39,078 nucleotides of DNA, taken from a virus (taxonomy: Duplodnaviria; Caudoviricetes). Numbering within the stretch: position 1 is the first letter of the stretch; the number at the start of each line of letters is the position of its first letter. The notes under the pieces are model-generated. The model made no database searches. It was not told where the DNA came from and worked only from the letters and a program-made list of their open reading frames with translations. The translations under genes and the position numbers were made by a program. Location: positions 1-39,078 of IMG/VR virus record IMGVR_UViG_3300020044_009858; one strand, 5' to 3'. Below, piece by piece: positions 34,013-39,078 of this stretch.

Positions 34013-34462
34013 TCAAACCCCAACTTCTCTATAAAAAAAGCCTTCTGTAAATACATGGTCTTTTTCAATCGGATTCCAAACAGGCAACACGCCTTGATAT
34101 TCCAATTCTTTTCCAGAAGTATAAGCTTCTTCAAAAGCTTCTTTTGTTATAATGTAATTTTGTTTTGGTTCAACTTTAATTTCTTCTTCAAAAACAGTTG
34201 GTTCCTGTGGAATTTCTTGGACAACAACAGGTTCTTTTTTATTTAAATCCTTAATTCCAGCAGGAAGCTTGTTTGTTCCAATCATTTCAATTGGAAATTC
34301 AATTGGCACAGTAAGTCCGCTTTGAAATTTATCATACTCCCACAAAATGGTAATACGTTTAAGTTCATTGTCGTAAGAAACAAAATGAACAAACTTATTA
34401 TTAGGAAGTTTTGATAAAACTTCTTCTACTTGTACTGGCAAAAATGTCTTAAAAAGTGACAT
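34013..34462 (-). CDS. hypothetical protein
   Basis: 149-aa ORF in operon orientation. Confidence 0.6.
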   Translation of the reverse strand: MSLFKTFLPVQVEEVLSKLPNNKFVHFVSYDNELKRITILWEYDKFQSGLTVPIEFPIEMIGTNKLPAGIKDLNKKEPVVVQEIPQEPTVFEEEIKVEPKQNYIITKEAFEEAYTSGKELEYQGVLPVWNPIEKDHVFTEGFFYREVGV

Positions 34463-34482
34463 GGTTAAAAATTATATTAGTT

Positions 34483-35772
34483 TTAAGAAGGTTCAAGAAC
34501 AATTTCAGGGTCTGGAATTTCTAAATCAGTAAATTTAATTCCTTGTTCTTGTTCAGATTCAATTTCTCGTATTACATCTGCAAGCGCTTCTACATCTGCA
34601 TTAGCTCCATCCGGAAGCTCGTCCGACAATTTATTAATCTTTTCAAATACTTCTTTGGGAGTATTTCCAGTAGCTCTTAACCAGCCAATTGTTGAGCTAT
34701 CGTCTACTGGTGGATACCACAATTGCCCTTTGTTTTCGCAACATTGTTGAGAAAGCAGCTCTTTTTTAATTTCATCACTTATAACGCACGTTTGCCATAC
34801 GTTTGTATCGCCTTTAAGCGTAACCATACATTCAGCAGAAAATTTAAAACCATAATCAATCTCAACAAATTCACCCCTAGCGCCATGATAAATAACTTCT
34901 GCCGTATTTTTGGCTGCTAAAAATGTATTTGTTGACGGAAGACCACCACGAGTTGTTGCATCAATAAAAAAGTTTTCTTTTTTAGTAACGCGAACCTCCA
35001 TACTCCATTGGTTTCTATAACCAACTTCATTTAAATATGGGCTAAAAGCGTTCATTATTGGCATTAATTGCTCCGGCATTTCAGATTTATGCGTAACGGC
35101 AGCAAAATAAGCAGCATCTTTGCGTTCAATGCCATGAAGCATCATGGTAGGAAATTGACCATCAACACAATAAGTGTCAGCACCAATTTCTAAATCTGTT
35201 TCAATTTTAGAAAAACAAATAAAATTAATACATTCTTTAATTCCACCAAATTTAACAGCCCAAGCATCAAGATTTTGCCAATCTTCATTCCAGCTTCTCC
35301 AATGGCTTGTTTCCCACGAACCGCGCCATTTGCTTACTTTAATCCAAATATCTTTTTTATTTTTAAGAAAAGCAGAAAGGTTTGAAACGCCTTGAATAAT
35401 GTCGTATTTAGGCACATCAAGGTTTAATTCGTGTAATTTTTTGAGAAAATGCACTCTGTCTTGTTCAAGAAGCATCCCTTTATGGCTTCCCCATACTGGT
35501 TTGTTTTGAGAGCGCAACTCATCTTGCATCCCGCAATGACGAATATCAGGAAAAACAAAACAATCTATTTGATTTTTATAGCCCCAAAGGTCATCTACGC
35601 AATGTATGTCAGGCATCCCGTCTCCAATAATAGCCTCATCAATGCGGTCTTTTCTATCAATAGGAGTAGCGTAAAAAACTCTAGCACCAGACATTGCAAG
35701 CCTTCTTGCAAGCCCAACAAACAAGCCAAAATGGTCTAATACACCGAATGTTTTGCTAGATAAATCGTTCAC
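34483..35772 (-). CDS. PurD (GARS)-like ATP-grasp ligase
   Basis: PVWGS...LEQDR, VPKY, IWIK, EIG.D, YRNQWSMEV, FIDATTRGGLPS parallel PurD IFGP..LEGSK, VIKA, VIEFNCRFGDPE. Confidence 0.7.
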   Translation of the reverse strand: MNDLSSKTFGVLDHFGLFVGLARRLAMSGARVFYATPIDRKDRIDEAIIGDGMPDIHCVDDLWGYKNQIDCFVFPDIRHCGMQDELRSQNKPVWGSHKGMLLEQDRVHFLKKLHELNLDVPKYDIIQGVSNLSAFLKNKKDIWIKVSKWRGSWETSHWRSWNEDWQNLDAWAVKFGGIKECINFICFSKIETDLEIGADTYCVDGQFPTMMLHGIERKDAAYFAAVTHKSEMPEQLMPIMNAFSPYLNEVGYRNQWSMEVRVTKKENFFIDATTRGGLPSTNTFLAAKNTAEVIYHGARGEFVEIDYGFKFSAECMVTLKGDTNVWQTCVISDEIKKELLSQQCCENKGQLWYPPVDDSSTIGWLRATGNTPKEVFEKINKLSDELPDGANADVEALADVIREIESEQEQGIKFTDLEIPDPEIVLEPS

Positions 35773-36143
35773 AATGATTGTAATTTTTTTTCGTAATCAG
35801 CCCAACAAACTCTAATAAACGCTGCCGCTATTCTTTCTATGCCAGTTGCAACGCAATGTTCTGTTCTATATGGTGAGTTTTTGTTGTCTCCTGCTTCGTC
35901 AAAATTGTTTTGTTTTCTTTTCTTTTCAAATTCAAAATCAAATTTATCTACTTGTTTTTCAGAAATTTTATTGTGTTTGCACAAAAAAGCTTCAACAAAT
36001 TCATGCAATCCAATTAAAAATTCATATTTCCAATTGCCTAAATTGGAAACTTTTATATACAAATCATTATTAAAATAATACCAATCACCAGCAGTATTGT
36101 ATCTTTGCTCAATGTGCGGGATTGTTGATATAATTATGTTCAT
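35769..36143 (-). CDS. HExxE metal-binding protein
   Basis: QRYNTAGDW, LHEFVE, EAGD...SPYRTEH..A..IER; GTGA-like ATGA-free overlap of 4 nt with the ATP-grasp start region. Confidence 0.6.
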   Translation of the reverse strand: MNIIISTIPHIEQRYNTAGDWYYFNNDLYIKVSNLGNWKYEFLIGLHEFVEAFLCKHNKISEKQVDKFDFEFEKKRKQNNFDEAGDNKNSPYRTEHCVATGIERIAAAFIRVCWADYEKKLQSL

Positions 36144-36271
36144 TTTACAACAGCAGGTTTAATTACCTTGTTGCTTTTTTTAACCGCTTTTTTAATTATT
36201 CTGCGATTTTTTTTTAATAATTGCAACGCAATGCTGGTTGTTAATTTTGAATATATTTCTTTAAAAGTCAT
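36140..36271 (-). CDS. 43-aa basic peptide
   Basis: read manually: MTFKEIYSKL...KKAVKKSNKVIKPAVVK; overlaps the portal stop and the next start. Confidence 0.45.
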   Translation of the reverse strand: MTFKEIYSKLTTSIALQLLKKNRRIIKKAVKKSNKVIKPAVVK

Positions 36272-38232
36272 TATAACATCCTCATTTCGCTTTGCGGCGG
36301 AGATTGCGGCGGAGTCAATTGCGCTTGTGATTGCCCTTGCATTTGTTGTTGCGGCATTCCTTGTTGTTGCATTGGCTGTTGTTCTAGCTGTTTAAGCTCC
36401 ATAACAATTTGTTTGTAAGCAACTGGCTGCAATTGTTTGAGAATTTGCAAATGTTGAACAAGATGTTCTTGAATTCTTTGTTTTGCAAGCGGGTCAACTG
36501 TTTTGTTTTTTGCTCCTTGTGCCTGAAGAAACTGAACAATTGTTTTAATTCTTGTAATGTGGTCTTCTTCTGGTTTAACAGGAGCCGGAAAATGAGTAAC
36601 AATCATTGATGTTATTTGATAATTCTCATCTTCAGCTTCACTTGCAGCTTTTTGCTGGCTTGGAATTAGCAAACGCTTAACAAGTCTGGCATCATCCGCA
36701 GACAAAATGTCTTTAACAAGCTCATCTTGATTAACGTTTGGAGCGCCACGCAATGCTTGAAACCGCTGCACTGCGCGTTGCATTTTTTGACCCCTATCCC
36801 AATCGTCTAAATTGCCAGCAGGAGTAATTAAATATTCATCATGCAATGCTTGTTCTGGCAATGTTTTTAAATCTTCTGCAACAAAGTAAGTAAGATTGTT
36901 GCGTTTGTATTGCAAACACAATGCCCAATCAAACCTTAACAATTTTGACAAACAATCTTTAAATATGTAGCCAAAATGATTTTGTCCTACCTGCGACAGC
37001 GATGCTGCGACACTAATTTCTCTGGCAGTTCTTTTTTCGCTTCTGCCTTGATTGGCTTTTTCAATTCCCAAATCAGGCATTTGAGCAGCAATTTCTGCCT
37101 CACCACGGGCAAAATTAATTTCTGAATCAAAGCTAAAAGCTGGTTGACCAAATTGAACTGGCTTAATGTTATTGGGAATATATTCGCCGGGTACTTGTCT
37201 ATAATTTGATGGGTTTTGAATAGGCGTATCACTTGTAAACATTGGCGTGTTAAAATAAGTGATAGCATCTGCTTTAGCGTTCCAAAGCTTGCAAGCGTAA
37301 ATCTCTTTATCTGCAATTTTTTCTGCTACGCCGCGAGGTGAATACCAACCTTCATCTTTAATTTCAGCAACAAAACTAAAAAACGGAGCGGTAACTTTGC
37401 CTCTAACTTTGTAAGGAACACCAAAAGGTTTGCGCACTTCTACATCCATTGCAACTGGGCAATAGGTATAAACCATAATGCCGCCCATTGTACGAACATA
37501 ATGTTCCCAAAGAATAATTGTGTCTGCACTTGCGCTATGTGTAAACCCTTCACGATATTCTTTATCAATTTGAATTTCGTCAAAATCCCTACCACGTTGA
37601 GTTTTTAATCTGTTTAAGGCATCTTTGCCACCGCGCATCAAAGATATTTTGTAATTAGTATCAGACTCGTTTTCTTCTGTGTTAAATCTATTAAAATAAC
37701 GGCGGTCTCTTTTAAATTTTTGAACGCTAATTTGACGCACATGAACCCATTCATCTGCATCATCAAAATCATTGGCTGTGTCAGCCATTAACAAATAAAG
37801 CGGGTCAACGTTTTCGTGAATTATTTTGTAATCATCAAACGGGTCAACGTAAGCTTTAATAATTCCCCTGCCGCGAAGCCACATTGTGTCTACCATTGAT
37901 TCAAGAATTTTAAAAAAATTACTTCTTTCCCTTAATTCAAAAGAAAAAAAGTCGGCAGAACTGTCACTGGTTTCTTGAAGTTGTTGGCGCATTGCAACGA
38001 AGCTAGCAAGCCTTGGAGCTGATGTTACCTGCGCCAACGTGAATGGTTTGAGTTTTGAAATTGCTTCGTCAACCAGCGCAAGATGAAGGTCGGCAGCACT
38101 GGGAAAAGGCTTGTTCCTACGGCGAAGCCCGTCATGCCGCATAACATAATAACGGCGCTGTTTGTTTTCCCAATCTTGGCGGTCTTGTAATATTTGCCAA
38201 GCTCTACCGAATAAATCTTTTGGTGTTTCCAT
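36271..38232 (-). CDS. portal protein (P22-like)
   Basis: 653 aa after TerL; GRGIIK, WYSPRGVAE, RTAREI, Gln-rich tail. Confidence 0.88.
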   Translation of the reverse strand: METPKDLFGRAWQILQDRQDWENKQRRYYVMRHDGLRRRNKPFPSAADLHLALVDEAISKLKPFTLAQVTSAPRLASFVAMRQQLQETSDSSADFFSFELRERSNFFKILESMVDTMWLRGRGIIKAYVDPFDDYKIIHENVDPLYLLMADTANDFDDADEWVHVRQISVQKFKRDRRYFNRFNTEENESDTNYKISLMRGGKDALNRLKTQRGRDFDEIQIDKEYREGFTHSASADTIILWEHYVRTMGGIMVYTYCPVAMDVEVRKPFGVPYKVRGKVTAPFFSFVAEIKDEGWYSPRGVAEKIADKEIYACKLWNAKADAITYFNTPMFTSDTPIQNPSNYRQVPGEYIPNNIKPVQFGQPAFSFDSEINFARGEAEIAAQMPDLGIEKANQGRSEKRTAREISVAASLSQVGQNHFGYIFKDCLSKLLRFDWALCLQYKRNNLTYFVAEDLKTLPEQALHDEYLITPAGNLDDWDRGQKMQRAVQRFQALRGAPNVNQDELVKDILSADDARLVKRLLIPSQQKAASEAEDENYQITSMIVTHFPAPVKPEEDHITRIKTIVQFLQAQGAKNKTVDPLAKQRIQEHLVQHLQILKQLQPVAYKQIVMELKQLEQQPMQQQGMPQQQMQGQSQAQLTPPQSPPQSEMRML

Positions 38233-38243
38233 AATTTAAATTG

Positions 38244-39077
38244 TCATAAACAAGCTTCCGCTGGCAATACACAAGTTTTATCCATTTCTTCTTCTGCCCG
38301 TTCTAGCCAGCCTCTAGTATCTTCTCTAGAATTACCACCAATCATGCTAGAACTAAAGCCTTTAGTGAAAGGCATCATTGCCCGTAACACTGCGTCAGCT
38401 TCGTCAGGGCTATCAAGACCTCTGCTTCTCATGTCTTCTTTGCTTTCTAATTGAAGCTTTCCGGAGCTATTACGTTTGCTTTGCCTTGATAAAACCTGAC
38501 CCCGAAAATCATCATCATCCGGAAGGATAATATCACGACTAATTATTTTTCCTATAGATTCATGCCATGTTTCGCTAATAAGATTGTTGTAATGCTCTGG
38601 TTCATTAGCGGCTCTTGACCCGCCATGAAACTCCGTACAATTCATTCCCATTTCGCGCAACCTATGCACAAGTCCTATGCCTAAACCATCTGCGTCACAT
38701 TCAACTTCTTCGGCTTGTAATCCGTATTGGCGTTGCAATTTTTTAAATATTGTCATGCACTCACCAACAGTTGCCATTGTGTCACGCTCATTCCATTTCT
38801 TTTCAATCCATACTTTGTTGCCAACCCTAATAGCAAAAACGTTTTTATCCCGTCCTGCTGCAAAATCAATAAAAGCGTGCCTGTCGTTGTGTCCAAGTAT
38901 CCATTCTGGCGGATTAATCTTGCAAGCTTCATATTCACCAAGCGACAGCATTGCATTGGCTACACGTTTTGCAAACTCACCAAACACGTTAGATTGAATA
39001 AATGGAGATTCTTTTCCACGCCATTTAGCAATCTTACGTTCTACAGATTCTGGAGTAATCCAATAACCATCTGTAGT
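38244..39077 (-). CDS. terL: terminase large subunit, C-terminal nuclease domain (5' truncated by the window)
   Basis: VFGEF, IDFAAGRD, DADGLG, LESKEDMRSRGLDSPDEADA; frame open to the window end. Confidence 0.92.
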   Translation of the reverse strand, partial: TTDGYWITPESVERKIAKWRGKESPFIQSNVFGEFAKRVANAMLSLGEYEACKINPPEWILGHNDRHAFIDFAAGRDKNVFAIRVGNKVWIEKKWNERDTMATVGECMTIFKKLQRQYGLQAEEVECDADGLGIGLVHRLREMGMNCTEFHGGSRAANEPEHYNNLISETWHESIGKIISRDIILPDDDDFRGQVLSRQSKRNSSGKLQLESKEDMRSRGLDSPDEADAVLRAMMPFTKGFSSSMIGGNSREDTRGWLERAEEEMDKTCVLPAEACL

Positions 39078-39078
39078 C

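Noticed and set aside
34483-35772. Assigning the symbol purD as an auxiliary metabolic gene
   Set aside because: PurD substrate-binding loops are not conserved and the gene lies in the head module
1-39078. Alternative genetic code, tRNA genes, diversity-generating retroelement, integrase, introns or inteins
   Set aside because: Long genes are intact in the standard code; I saw no cloverleaf, reverse transcriptase, TR/VR pair, recombinase or intein motifs; DnaB is of normal length

Overview
This window is most of a tailed dsDNA phage genome with podovirus-like organisation. The host is probably a diderm (spanins present); Verrucomicrobiota is a guess, not something shown by the sequence. Left end (1-1540, +): a GC-rich chain of tiny translationally coupled genes joined by a repeated GGAGGTCGCATGAG junction, converging on a DUF932 gene (-). 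3.0-9.9 kb (-): DNA metabolism genes (PD-(D/E)XK nucleases, HNH, SWIM, DnaB, metallophosphoesterase, exonuclease plus a probable annealing protein). About 10.0-10.7 kb: a divergent control region with a structured RNA candidate and a ribbon-helix-helix regulator with TGTCnGACA operators. 10.6-39 kb (-): late module in transcription order TerL (truncated), portal, HExxE protein, PurD-like ATP-grasp protein, scaffold, major capsid, signal-peptide-bearing beta-rich/LamG/fibre proteins, holins and spanins, tail adaptor and nozzle, two paralogous ejection proteins each preceded by a small enzyme gene, a 2745-aa polyvalent protein (GNAT, two ART-like, beta-clamp-like, HExxH peptidase) and a lysozyme-like gene. 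The most unusual signals are Sec-type signal peptides plus strong Thr-Asn dipeptide enrichment in virion-module proteins, a beta-clamp fragment inside the injected protein, and the enzyme-plus-ejection-protein duplication. All calls come from reading motifs by eye; no database searches were run.
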